64,000 nt of DNA from Phoronis australis (GCA_002633005.1 NMRA01000164.1:685338-749337); one strand, 5' to 3'. Numbered from the stretch's first letter, positions 26,601 to 41,600 are shown. Notes: generated by a model from the sequence alone, not told the origin. Translations and numbers: made by a program.

Positions 26601-29600
26601 GCCCCCCATTAGGCGAAGTGGGCAAAAAGGTCCACCTGTGAGAAACAAAAAGTCCGAGAAAATAAGACAGCAGCCTCAACAAGCACAATTCACAGTGGTG
26701 CGCCCGTTTTTTTTGTTTTTTTTAGTCCGCCGGCTATTTTGTTACCAAAAGGTCCACAACGTTAGGAATTCGAGCCCCCCATATTGAAGGCTGGGTGCGC
26801 GCACGTGTATGATTGCAGCAAAAGCAAACGATAAATAATTTAATTCATAAATAACCATCACTTCGCATATCTGAGAGGTCAAAAAATATTTTTTAATTCT
26901 AAAAACTAAGATGCGAAAAAAAGTAAGGTGTAATAGTAACATAAAACAGAATATGAAGCAGACAAATTACATAAATGATTAATAAAACCATCAAGGAAAA
27001 CAATGATTCAAAAGAATTGTACCCTATCGAGACAAATATGGATCCAGCAGAGATGCTGTGATGAATTTAGTCGAGTATTCATCCAAAACTACACGACTTT
27101 ATGTATTAACTGGACATTTGGCGCTGTTTGACACATTTTTTCAGTAAAAACTCTGGATGCAGCTACGTTTACAAAGATGTGATGAACTAATTGCCCAAAC
27201 TATTTATCCGAAATTTGCAGAAAAAGGCTTTCTGATAGATAAAAATGAACAAACATCTATTGTGTAGGTTTGAAATGTACTGTGGATAGATCGTTACATA
27301 AGTTGCGGTGTAGGAGTTTCCATGCTAGTTTGTAAATAAACTGATTTCTTCAGAACGTAAAAATTAGTGATCCTGATACATGCGGTGTGCGTTATCATAA
27401 AGAAGTAGAGACATTGGGACACGTTTTTCGATTGTTATGTTGATTAAAAGTGGGCTGACTAGAAAATAATACTATTCATGACAAAGAGACAAAAGAACAC
27501 CTATACCGTAATTGTCAAGATTTGAGAATCGCGGGACAACTGGATTGAAGAGCGGGTCGTCCGGATAAAAGGGTGGCATCTGGGTCTCTGTCAAAACGCT
27601 ATGGCGAAATGTTCGACACAACACACAAAAACGCCCCGACACTGTTTTTGTCTTAGGGGATACGTTAAACTCAAAAGCACCCGACGGCATTTTTTGTTTT
27701 TAAATTTTAAATCGAATGGGCAATTGTAGTTTCTTCAAAAACCCACGAAACGTCCTCTATTTTTAGTTGAACGGGAAAATAGTGCTATGTCGCGTGGGAA
27801 ATTTCAGTAGTACATGATAATATGTCATTGTCGCCGTGTGTCAGAAAGCGGAACATTTTTGATGGTGTGACGGGATAGCGTTAAAAATAAAAAAGTAGGA
27901 CGGTCCGCTAAGAGCGGAACCATCGGAGAGTACGCTGTCAGCAACACAAAGTAGTGAATTATCTTTTTGCAAGGTAAACTTTTCATATTTCAAATTTTAT
28001 TGGAATTCACGGGACGTAGGCCTATAGATGTATACTACAGGTAATGTTCACTTTTCAGAAATAGACCCAACAAAAATGTATCTGGGCAACAGTTGAACAT
28101 TGCACAAATGTTACAAAAACGATTGAAAACCGTAAAACTCTATGCAAGCAAACACACGCGCAGCTAGGCAAATACGAGTAGTTCTTCGAAAGTGACGTAA
28201 ACACACCATCTAGTAAGGGCTAAAAATTTAATTTATAAATTCAGAACAAACACTCAAATGTCACTTCTTTCCGTAAAATACTGTAACATGATTTTAACAC
28301 CCAAAATGTTTTGTTGAAAAACTCCTAGCATGTGATTTTATAGGTTGTCGAAAGTGATTCTAAGATTGGAGATGAAAGATAACAGAGGTCACACTATTCC
28401 CGGTATCCAGTCAGGGCCACGGGTCAGTGTGTGTAAAGAATGACCAATGTAATTGTTGGATTTGAAGACTAATTTTGCCGGGAAATCGCTGTTGTCTAGA
28501 ACCATAGCTTACGGATCTTGTTTGATGAACAAAAATGTTAAAATGATAATGAAGCAATGAAATGCGGATTGATTTGATAACTACATTGTCAGAATAAATA
28601 TTGATTAAATAATTAGTGAGAATAGATCCATTTTAAGTTGCCCAAAATTTGTGCATATGTACTTTTAAATCATGGGGTCAGACTTGTTGACATGTATTTT
28701 AACGTCAAAATCTATTTTTAGATGGTCTTTACAACTTTGGGTTCTGGGGTCAAAGTACTCTAGAGATTCTAGAATATTCTGAGAACAAATTGTAACAGCC
28801 AATAGTACGAGTGGATATGATCATGTGGTTTTTATTAGCCAATCACTAAATAAGTAAAATGTTATATTATGGGCTGAAATCANNNNNNNNNNNNNNNNNN
28901 NNNNNNNNNNNNNNNNTAGCAGATAAGACATTTGATCGTTTGGTTGTTTGATTAAAGTAATCTTTAAAGAGGGCGCTAGAGTAGTTTCTCTTTGTAGTTG
29001 ATTACTTAATTAACAATAGGTTTCATTTGTCTAATTAGGGGTTATCATATAATAAATCAATTACTGGATTTGATCATTCACTCTCCATCTACGCACAACT
29101 TCAAAGCATAGCTACCTTTTAAACAAACCCACACAGACAATCGTCTGACATACATGTACACTCGGTCAAAACTCAGTCGAGCAGACAGTTGGAAATTCTA
29201 AGCGGTCAGTCGCGAGGTGGCAAGCTCTAATAATAGAATACATTGGTCACGTGCGGGTGTAAGTTCTATTTTCACATCACTATGCTGTCCTACTACTCTT
29301 TTCACCAAGATTATCATGCGCGCACCCAAGGGGGGGCTCGGGGGCTAGAACGAGCCACCCTATTTAGTGTAGTGCGCATAAAGGTCCGCCTCAGAGAAAC
29401 AAAAAGTTAGAAAAAATAGAAAACGAGACAAAGGCAGGAACTACCAAAATTCTGCGAATGCACAATTCATAGCTCTGAACGTACCCGTTTTTTTAGCAAA
29501 AGGTCCACAAACTGAAAAGTTCGAACCCCCCATTATTTAGGCTGGGTGTGCGCATGATGAGCCGAGTTTATACATGGGGTGCATCTTCTTCTCTTCGCCC

Positions 29601-32600
29601 AAATGGCCTAATGACCGTTACGGTGATACTCAACTGACAGCAGTTCACCATTCTTACTCAGAAGCACAGGTGGCATTACCATTTTGGCTTGTACTTACAT
29701 GTTTCGCAGTAACACGACTTGTAACACTCCGCTGTCATCCTAACCGCGTCCAATTTGCAGTGGTCATACGCAGCGTACATTTTGCAAAGTTTATCGGGAT
29801 CCTTAACGACGTCGTTGCGGGTCGGTTGACGTCGGTTAACACATTTGGATGGGTGTGGCGTAGCTGAAAAATTAAGTGATGGTCGTAGAAGAAAGTTAGG
29901 AGATGAGGGGCGGCACACGTATGCTAACTCATTATTGGCTTAATTGCATGGTAAATGGGTCAATTCTTCGAGCATGAAGTCGATTTGCAAATTTTATGAG
30001 GCAAGGTACTTGATAGCGAATAAACCAGTAGAAATTTACAACTGGACCTTGTTAACAACACAACTATGTACGCTACAAGCATTTGTTTAATTGGCCCCAG
30101 GAGAAATCTGTAATATTTGTGGTTGCTGAGAAAATTACATCAGTACTTACTTTGTGTACTTGGTATTTCTATGTATTGTGTATGTTGCCCTAAATTAAAA
30201 AGGGCTCCTTTAAGTGGATTTACCTAAGATTTTAATTTCATTATATGAACAAACAGGTGGCAACCATTCTACCAAATCAGCATTAGGTGGCACTGCGACA
30301 GTGTGTACTAACGTCTTGACAGTGCACGTTCAGAATGCGTCAGTTGTTAGGAAACTGTGGCGGGTTGCACAAAACAGTTCCAAATAGAGAATCAACAATG
30401 TTTCTTGACTTGTTACTGCATTTGAGGACTCGTGAAAACACTGGTTGTCCCTTCTTATGCTGTTTTATATTTATTCCTAAGTTTCTTGCTTTGATGCACA
30501 CTGAAAATTAATAGAGGAGCATTAGTGCAAGTACGTCTCTACTTATTTTCATGATTTTTAGATAAATCTTTAGAAAGTTTCACTGAGTCAAACAGGAGCT
30601 CGTAATAAAGACAGACGGATTGAAAAATATTTTGTGAGTAAATTAACAGACTCAAACTCGTAGAAGATTTAGGGGACTTAAATGTATAACTGTTACTCGG
30701 TTTCATGCACAGCAGTTTTCAGGGTTGTGGGTTTTGGCCTGATGAAGCTTCAAACTTGTGAACTATTGGACTTGTTGACCTTAATTCCATTTTAGGATCT
30801 ATTCAATGACTTATGGAACCATGCAGTAGCGTTGCTTTTCCTTACCTAAGAACAGTCCTCATAGTTTGTCCGTTGCACATACTGTTATATCGCGACATAC
30901 AGGTATTCTCCTTAAACAATGGATACTACCCAACGCCTATGTACCACCATTCTTTGTACTTACTTCTGTCGCAGTAACACGTCTTGTAACATTCCGCTTC
31001 CATCTTAATTCGGTGCATATCGCAGAGGCCTTGCGAAGCGTACACGGCGCATTGCCGATCGGGATCCTGATATGTTGCTTGGGCGTCAGGTCGTAGTCGG
31101 TTAACACACTTAGACGTCTGTGGTGTGGTTCGAATTGTTGCTGAAAAAAGAATTTGCGGTTCATGCTCGGACGAGAATTGTTACATGAGCCATCCAAACC
31201 CAGAGAGGAATTCCGGCATGATGCTGTTTCCACTTTTACGACAGAAAAAGTTGACATATGCACGAAATCAAAGAAACCAGGGAAGCTACGTCCAATGGGT
31301 GGGTATTCAAATTCGTCACACTCGCCTAATGTTCCATCCTCCTATGAGAGAGAGAGCAGAGAAGGTGTCAAAATGGATTTGGAGAAAAAAAGGAAAATCA
31401 GCGCCATAAAAAACATCCTGCTGTGCCAGGAAAGACGTATATGTTGAAACGTTGCATCACACAGTCGTGGACCGAGCCGGATCAACTGGCGCACCAACAG
31501 AAGTCTTAGTGGACAGCGTTGGAAGGACTGCGAATGGACATCAACCACCTGAAGACAGCACTAAAGCCATTGACGTGCGGACACATCAATAAAGGTAAAG
31601 ATGTGCTCTCCCTAATGTCAGAGTTGACCAACTCATTTTGACCGTGGTTAGTAAGTTTCTGAAAGTTTATTGATTTAGTCTAACCAATCTAAAATAACAA
31701 AGTATGTTATTTTGCGGAGCACGACTAAGATTTTATTGCTGATACGTGTTCTGGGCAAAAGTAGTTGAAGCCAAGAAACGGCGTTGACTTGTAGCTCTGG
31801 CATAAGTTTAACACCAAAAAATGCTGCGCAGTAGAAAGGTGAGATTGATGACGATCAGAAAGCAATTGTCAATCTCAAATACTGAGGTAAAACGAACAAA
31901 TGTATTGCATTCACAGTCGAAATATATCATTCATTCATTCAAAGACCACGTATGAGGGTGCTTTCCGCCTTTGGAGCATAAACTTTTTCATTGACACTGC
32001 TTTCAAAAATAGCCCCATTGAGTTTTTGCGAACTAGTGGTGAGGCTTTTTTGGATACTTTCAAGAATTGTCAACCGCAGTGCTCTTATTCAACCATGGCC
32101 TATGCTGCAAAAGGAATTTTACTTGTGTTGGTAGCTTGGCTTCTATTAGGAACAGGATGACAATGCTTCCGTTGTTGATAATCGATGAGCTTAAAATATT
32201 CTGACGGTCTCTTTAAAGATAAAAATTGGGGGATAAATCGACATTTGGATTACACGTACCAAGCATGCAAAAATATCTTGAAAACTCGGATTTTTTACCT
32301 AAATTTCGAAAAAAAGCCCCAAGGGCGCTTATTCTTGGTAGAGGTTGTTTTGGAAATCCCCGGTATATCAAATATAAAAGTTTATATAAAATATTGTAGA
32401 AAGTGTGTACACTCTTGGTCGCTACGTGCCTCTTGTAAATAGTGCTAAAGTAACAAGGTGGCATTTAACATGAAGTAACATACTTCCATCATAGTACTAA
32501 ACACAGAAATCAAACATTCTAAAACGCAATTTAATGGCACTGTGTATTTAAAGAGTACAGTTACAAGTTGATTAAAATAACAAAAGCCATGACTCGATCA

Positions 32601-35600
32601 GTGATTTTGAACAAATTGATATTCCCCAGTTAGACCAGCCTTAAACGGATTTGCCGACGAGTAAGTAAATGATCTGAACAATGCTCGACAATGTACACTG
32701 AGTTTTAATTTTCCCACATTTATTATTGTTCCGGAAGACTTGCCGTTAGGAGCTTACTAGTTTTCAAGCCTGATGAATCTTTGGACTTGTGGGCCTCAAT
32801 TCGGTTTAATTACCAAGGAGTCTGTGGCTACTTATCTAGAGAATGATAACATCAGCATCGTGAGGAGATGCAATTAAATAATGCAAGTTGTCTTTGATCA
32901 ATGCGACAGATTCCTAGGTACGCCAACCGCTCAAATTGTCCACAATAGTGGTGAAGCCTTTGTCTCCCAACACAGACTTTCTTCGTACCGACACACTCCT
33001 CCTTCAGACGCAGCGTTCCTTTGAAGGCGTGTTCAGGGTTAACACGCTTCCCCGGCTCCCTCTTCTTCAATCTTGGAACTTCAGGGCTTGACTGTTACTG
33101 ACTTTTGGAGTGGCTTCGTCTGATACCGCTTCCGACAGTCTCTTGCCAGATGACCAGCTTTGTGGCAGAAGAAGCACCTGTCCTCTGTGAGGCCAGACTT
33201 CTTCTGGTCGACACTGTGGGTGTTTGGCTTGAGAGATGGTTCTTGAAACCTTTTTGTTGATATCTGAATATTCATTCTATCAACTCCATGAATGAGTCTC
33301 GATATACCTCTCTGCCAAGCTGATCATATCTGGAACGGGCCTGGGTGTCCTCTCTCGTAAGAACAACGCCAGATCTTAAGGACAGGTGTTAACTTACTGC
33401 TCTCGTACGAACAGGTCACTCAATACAGTGAAATCTTAGCTACAGTCGTTTTTCACCTTCCTCAGGTTAACGCGACACTTCTCGGCAAGGTAATGTCGAC
33501 CGTATGCGAAGCGATGTGGATATAGACCAATTAAGACGGTAAAAAAGACTAATTAAATCGGGTGGCGTTCTCCTTTAACTGACTTTCAGTACCCCGTGAT
33601 TGATTATTTATGGTCTCTTACAATGTTCTGGAACTTTTCACCAATTCAAGCACATTTTAGAAATTTCTGGAAACTACCCAATCATGCTATAGAATGTGCC
33701 AGACTGATATTGTATGAGAAAGTAATCATTGGTAGGTCTATCAGGGCCACGTACTTACGAATGAGCACCCATATAGGATCTTGCGAGACTTCACTGTAGG
33801 TGTACTTGGGTTTTCTACATTGCTTTGATGAGCCGTTGTAGATGTTCGGTCGGGCGTAGATTGGGGAGTAGGCCTTGTTTTTCTGTACCTCCTCAAAGGA
33901 GCAATTGGAGATCCTGTTGTCATCCTTGTGGAAGCATTTTTGGATCTCTTTGTTCCAGCAATAGGTTGTAAAATGGCCAGAGTCTTAGAATTCGCCGTGG
34001 TCGACAATCACCGTCACAATGCAGAAGGACCCATCAGAGCCTGTGGTTGAAGATTCATTTGTGTTTTTTCAATGCGCTCTATGGTCTGCTGGATTCTCTG
34101 TGCATGGACGATATGGATGTTACGATATCTTGGCTGATGAAAAGCCCGACGACATATTTGGAACGAAAAGGTCTTATCAGTCAGTCTTTTACTTTTGGCG
34201 AATTCATCCATCATGTCAGAGATGTGAGGTAGTTGACTTGGTCCAGTAGTAAGATGTAGGTGATCTGGGAATGGTAATGTGATTGTGAGGAAAGGCTCTT
34301 TAAAATACCGAGAGTTGTCAAAATTGACGCATGATACCTCAATTAGCAACAGTTCTTTAAATTGGTCAGTGATGTTAGAGTCTTTCATTTCCGTTTCCAC
34401 ACTGTTCAGTAGATCACACAGGAATTCATGACAGTCCTCTTGTCTTCCATTGCTATAGCGTGGGAAATGTTGTTGAATGGCACAAATCAGCTTTTGAGGG
34501 CTCTTCTTTGATCTAGAGCTTCTGTACTGGCACTGAAAGAGTCCACATATTTCTTTTGTATAGGTAAAGTTTTTGCATCACGGATGTTAGTTTTGAATCC
34601 TGGTACATACGTAAAAGACTGTAGCACTGAGTTGGCATAGCACAAGTTGCCAAAGTCGTGGAGTATCGTCATAGCCAGTGAAACAGCAGACTCTACGTTG
34701 ACATATAACATTGAAAGAAAACCAGAGTCAGTCTACATCTGACACAGACGAGTCATTGTGGCCTACATGGGAGTTTGATTACGTGACCCTTTGTATTGTT
34801 CTGTTCATCAAACTCAGTCATATCTGTTGAACGTGTTACTTAGAAAATCCAACCACACCCATACTCACATCGTATATACTCTATTGTCCACCCCGTGAAT
34901 CTTGTAAATCGTCCTAAAGTAATAAGGTGGCATTAAACATGAAGTAACATACTTTCATCGTAGTACTTAACACAGAAGGCAAACATTCTAAAACGCCATT
35001 GAGTGGCGATGTGCGTTGATTAAAATACCTCCGAGTCCGACATTTTAACACTACTCCCCATTCAATGACTAAATGTTTTTTTTATTTTGCTAATGTGTCA
35101 CAGAAGAAGCAATAAAACCTGATCTTAAGAACCACTGCATTAAGATATGTTTCATGAAAGACATTTGGTCTTACAGTCAGCATAGCTATTTCCAAACAAT
35201 AATTATGAAAACTCATGTCAGAAAAAACGAATAAAGAATCTCAGAATATATCAAGGATGTTACTTATTGAAAAAAAATGTGTACCGATCATTTCCAGGCA
35301 AGTATGTGCTAATAATTATAGGACTAAACCTTTATTTGTCAATTGTGAAGAGGGAGTTTAAGGCCAAATTTCCGTCTTAAGTCTAAGGTCACTTTTCATA
35401 AAACACACAACCCTGGAGTCCCGAAGGCAGTCCAGGTGCTGCCTAAACACATATTGACGCCAATCAACAACATTTCATGGGTTAATACTTAAATTGAACG
35501 GTTGATAACAAATATCTGTTTCAAGTTTGATCGCATCCTGCAATGCTGACAATGCGGTCACATGGCCGGTACGAAATTCGTGAGATCTGTTTGACATTCT

Positions 35601-38600
35601 CAAGCTCCTTCGTATTCTTTCAGACATGCAGTCGTATTCCTCGAAGTCTATATTGATACACATTTAGCTTCACTTCTGGTGTGACATTTAAGTTTACCCC
35701 GTGCAAATTACCTTGCTAGTCGTTTTTCAGTTTTGAAAAATAATCCCAACGTTATCTAAATTTAAAGTGTAGAATTTGCAACCCGCTGAAAAGTGACCAA
35801 ATCATTTAAATAGATACATGAAGTATCGACAGGAGGGGTTACAACGGTTCCGCATTGATCGAGTACTAAACCATTGCATCTGACTGGTGCGTGCACCTAA
35901 CGCCATATCCAATGCCAAGATTACGCGAAAAGGAAGATCGTTAGGTGGCCAATATATTGTGCAAAGGAGCTGAGAGAAATTTGAGGAAAGTGATGTGAAA
36001 TTGGCAATGAGACCACAAAAATGGAGGAGTTACACCATGGGCGCTTTGCACCCCGTGTCGTCTTTGTGCGCCACTGGAAGCAAGTGATTATAATACTAGA
36101 AGTGAAGACAAATTAAAGTATCACAAATTCTGGTCGGTAGTCTTTTTTATCAATGTAAAAAAGATATCCCAAAGTAAGGTCTCCTTTTCACGCGAGGTAG
36201 ATCATTATTTCACCTACTGGTCAAGTCGTTTACGCTGTTGGAAAATAATTCCTGAAGTGATTTTTATGAGGTCAAAATTTAATCTATACCGGCGCCAACG
36301 TCACTCGGAATAATAATTGTGAATTTTGGTATAACCTTTTCCTGTTTATAGTCTATATCATCTGGAACACGGCGGGGATTTTTGTAACCTCTCATTTCCT
36401 TTCCGATTTGTTTTTTAATCGCGCATATCCGAAACAAATTCATACACGGCCAGTGATGTGAGCCAGAACTTTTCAAGACGTGGGGTCAAATTTGGAAACC
36501 GATCTTTTCCCATTTTGTTTTTTGATAGTTAGATGATTACACTTTTTATAAGAGCCATTTAGTTTTAAGTCTGGCACAAATTATTTCTCTTCGAAATAAC
36601 GGCGCGTGATCGTCCTTTGATCTAACTGCGCAAGCAATTTTTTCCAAACGGTATGGAAATAGGTTACGAAGCCAATGGAGACTGAAGTGAAGACCTCACT
36701 TTATTTGTTTAGTAACGCACTCAAAATCAGCTGCTTTATCCGCTGAATATGGCGCTCACTTGCACATTTTGAGTAATACTTGTTTAGTGAAGAATATTCA
36801 AGTTACCCAAGATTACGCGTTCACTGAGAAACGTCTTTGAACCGAACAAATGGGACCATGGCACCCTTGTGCCCCACACGCCACCCTTGTATGGCATAGC
36901 CACTGTCAAGAGAATATAGTCTAGACTTGCTGGAGAGGTCTTCATAAATTGACCTGGTGTCTTACTCAGCAACCAGAACAGAACTTACACACACTGTGTG
37001 TTATGAACAGTTGCGTCACCGGACTGCAGGAAACTGTTTCATGAAAGCTACTTGAGAGTTAAGACATCAATTTGATCTTACTCTCCCACTTCTCATTGGC
37101 TGAATAGATGTTACGCCAAGTAATTATGAGCCCATCATTGTCTAGAAATAATATGTGGAAATTATCTTAGTAACTAACAGTCGTGTTTATATTTTCAGAG
37201 ATTTTGCACTTTTGCTCAAGTGGCATTTACTTATTTTTCAGAAACTGTTACGTGAAGCGTAAGACCATGCAAACTTCTGTCTTACCATTTTACTATAAGA
37301 AGCACGGCTGGCCCTGGGACTACTATGGCGCGGATGTAATATTTGCGCCTACCTTGTAATTGCACATTCAGCGTACGCAGTATACGAACGACCAAAATCA
37401 ATGTGTTAAGACAAGACTTACTCTGTGTAGGGATTCTTGGTGATTCTGTGGCTCTTGTAGGTTGCACTAAAGGAACAAAGCGGCATCAGTAAAACAGAAT
37501 TACTAGATAACTATCTAAATTCACGGTACACGTATCAATAGTCAGAGATGACAACATTGGTGACACTCAAACTTTAAAATCTCGTCGTATTCAGCAGCAC
37601 TTGTTGTCACATACAAAAATAAAAAGGGTTTTACAGTCAACATTAAAATCACCCATGTAAGCTACGGGAAATAGGGCATGAAAAAATGCGGGGGACTCTT
37701 TCGAGATCGTTTTGAATGTCTGACGTATATTTGGAAAAGGGAGAAGAACATTATTTTTTTCTATGTCTGGTCTTTAACGGGACCGTTGAAATATTTAGAC
37801 CACAACAGCTGAGGCGTCTAGCTACCAACAAAGTGGAATTTATTTCTTGTGACGTTTGACAGACGCGGCTGAATGCGGTCGGCGAAAAGGTTTCCAAAAG
37901 AGGACACTTTTTGGAAGCAGAGTCATTTCACATTATTTACAAATTGTGTAACATCCCTTATCGGACACATAATCTTCATTTGCACAGCTTTTTCATCACA
38001 TCTAGTATTCGACATTGGAATGAACTGAGCAACGAACTGGTCTCAGCATCATCTGTCGAGTCTTTCAGGAAGACAGTCTTCCAAATAATGTCATCTGATC
38101 TTAATTGTTATTTTCGTGCACTCTTCACCACCTGCCTGTGAATTCATATTAAAAATTTTCACTTTTGGAAATGACCGATCCCTTTCCGTTAGTGTCTTGA
38201 ACAAGTTGAAGATTGAAGTATAAGAAGAAGAAAGGAGAAATGACGCTCCCAAAAGAGTCCTGGTAATCACATTCACGATGGTGTTCCATACACTAGTCAT
38301 TAGCTTCACACCTTTCGTACAATTCTCGCTTTGTACTTACCTCTATCACAGAAACACGTCTTGAAACACTCTGCCTTCATTTTGACCTCGTGTAACGTGC
38401 ACAGGCCTTGTAAAGCATACATCTTGCACTGTTGATCGGGATTCTTATACGTATCCTCATCGTCAGGTTGAAGTTGGTTTACACATTTGGATGGATGCGG
38501 TGTTGCTTGAGGTGCAACTGAAAACAAATTTCTGTTGATGCTCAGTGTTTGGAGCAATCGTTTCATATTTTCTTTGAGATGAGAGAGAACCTCGCGAAAA

Positions 38601-41600
38601 CTCGAGACTTCGCGAGATATCGTCATGTATTACAAGCGAAACGTGATCACATAAGCTTCCTTCGCGCGATTCCTTCGTCTGTACGTAACTCAGCCCATGC
38701 TCAGTATTGGCCTCCAGCGCCCTGTTGCATGAACCAGTCCCAAATGGGGACTCAGCTAAGTTCCCTAAATCTACTTGGTATTCGTGGGCTTTTGACAACA
38801 TTGATTGACATTTCTTATCTTTTTTGAGTCTCATTACCAAATCAATTTTTGGCTTTGTTACAAATCGAGAGTAAACTCAGCTACGTTGAATTCTCAATAT
38901 TATTGAAAATAAGTAAGAATCTTTCCATGCAACGCCCCTAATTTAAGGACTAAGTAATTAATTATTGTGACTCAATTAAGTGCTCATTTTTCATTTTATT
39001 TTTGACTACAGAAACATAACTGACAGACACACCCCCATAGCATACTTTCCCTTTCACTCTCCATACACAATGTAATTACCTATACAGAAACCTGCTTTTG
39101 CTGACATAAATTTTCTTCTTTTTTACTATAATTAAACTTTTCCATTTTGTAATATATTTTTGGTTCTGTTTTAAAAATTATTTTAGACGGATGTTTGGAA
39201 TTTAGTTTCTTGAAATAGATATGCTTTTTTATCTCTAAAAGTAATATTAAGTTGTACATCTCGCTCTTTCTTTCTGGCTGTCTAAGGACAACTCTTCATT
39301 CTTTGACTTCTTAAAAATATACCACTGTTTTATTCCAGATGTCTTTCACAACGGGGCAAAGCTAAAACAAATATGCAAGTGATTCGGCCTTTTCTTTCAA
39401 AAAGTACGCAAGTTGTTGGGAAAAAGGCCAATACGCATCAAAAGAAGTGTTTGTTGTCAACATTATATACCTAATTTTCATTTGCAACCATCTGAGTCGA
39501 ACGTCACAAGTACTAAATATTGGGCTATGAAAATAAGATTTCCATTCTGTTATTGACCTTCTAAAACCCAACACAAGGTCCCATTTTTTATTCCTTCTGG
39601 TTTTTGAGACAATTTTTCCACCAATATATTGTAATTGTCATGGGTACCTTAGTTATTCTTTTGAAATAAAACTTGTAATGTTGTTAATAGAATTGGATGT
39701 ATAAATTTTGCATTTGTAAGGGATACACATACAAAAGTTGACCTCAGACATCTTTTAGTCTTTCAAATGCTGTAAACAGGGGTTTGACGTCAAACTTGTT
39801 AACAAAGCACCGAAATAACAACATAAAACCATTATCGTCATATAAATCGCCTATAAATCGAAACTGTTTTTATCCCATGATGGATAAAATATTGGTTTTC
39901 CTATTAACTTTAATTTTTGAATTGTTCCATTCTCTCCTTCATTTTCATTGTTTAAAACTGAGCAAAAGTTCTCGGCCAAAGCAAACAGTACTTCCAAAAC
40001 AAGTTTCCAGTCTATTTAGGTAAATGTTTCATAAAAATATTTCCCCATAAACATGTTTTTCATATCAGCTTTTTCAAAATATCCTTCCATGCTGAAAGGT
40101 TTTGTTCATTTCATAATTTATTCATCCATGTTATTTTACGTGAGCTTACGAAAGATGACATACGAGACCACTATTATTACAAGATCAAATCATTGTTTTA
40201 AGGAAAACTTCACCTGTCTTATTACTCCATATAAATTCAAAAACCGTCCTTTCCAGTTTTTAATAAATCAGATCTTGAAGATGGAAGATGTGTAAGTTTC
40301 GACACCAACACGCAAATTTTCCCCAAAATACTGAGAGAACTTCCTGAGAAAGGACGTATTACCTTTCAACTTTCTACCAACTTTTGATCAAAATTTAAAC
40401 TTTGCATATCTTTTAAATTTACCCTAAATTTTACTCCTTCAAGTGAGAACGTTTCTCTAGACTATTTTAAATTTCTTGAAAAACCCGGTATCCAAGAATC
40501 TTATCTTTTAGAACCAATCCAAATGTATTCCTTTCTTTCAATATTAGGTTTTAGACCAGAGAATTTAGCAAATTGGTCAAGAAGGTCCAGTGTTTTCTCA
40601 GGAGACTTCTCAGAGCCGTCGGATAAAATTGTTGTAAAGGTCGTCAGCATACTAAAGTATCTTAATCTCCGCATTACCAAATTGTGCACCCTCAACTCTT
40701 TTACAATTTGAAAACTTATGTCTTAGTATCTCACCGTAAACTACAAACAAATGTGGTGAGACTGGGTCCTCTTGTTTACATCACGTTCAACTTTAAAGAA
40801 ATCGGACTCCGTGTCGCTTTGCAAAACACAAAAGTTAGTTGCAAAACGCAGGAGCGTGCAATAGAGATAACGTTGTAAAAAAATATTACATCTGCGATCA
40901 AAGAACGAAACAAGCACGCATAACAATTAGGTAACTCAATTGAGTCATGCAATTGGGCACAGCAACAACCAATTTTTGGTTCTCATTAAGAACTGAAATC
41001 GCGTCTAATTTTTTATTTGAAAAGAAATATTAATTTAAAAGCTGAGACAAATTGTATAACAGAAAGTGTCTTAAATCAAAAGTTCTTGTTTTGGTTGAGG
41101 ACTGGTCCATAGCAGCTATAAATATTTAATGAGTCAGTTTGCAAATTATTTGTTGACAACTACATATTACATGCTATTTCTCTCAAACCAAACGTAGATG
41201 TTGGAAGATTTCCGAGCTTACCCGCTGTTCTTTGTGCCACTTGGGTACTACACAAGCCGCATGTCTTCTTACAATATGTTTCAGCCAAAAGAGGGCGGAA
41301 TGGGTGAGGATCCTTACATTCGCCTTCTCTTTTGAACGTCTGGCAGATTGACCAACTAAAGAGGTCGTAGCCTACAAAGAAGAAAGGGAAGGATTAAAAA
41401 ACTCACCAAGTGATTTTCCGGTTTGTTTAAATCATGCGCGCACCCAGCCTAAAAATACGAGGGCTCGAATGCTTGAGAATGTGAACCTTATATTTTGATT
41501 TACTTGGTACTTTTAGTGCTATGAACTGAGCATTCGCCGAATTTTGGTAGTTCCCGCCTTTTTGGTGGACATTTGTGTCGTTTTCTACTTATTTTTGGAA

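Noticed and set aside
40736-40830. Exon-like segment with branch-point/acceptor signals and a gtgaga donor
   Set aside because: Phase-1 readings hit stops; only a speculative 6-nt micro-exon would fit.
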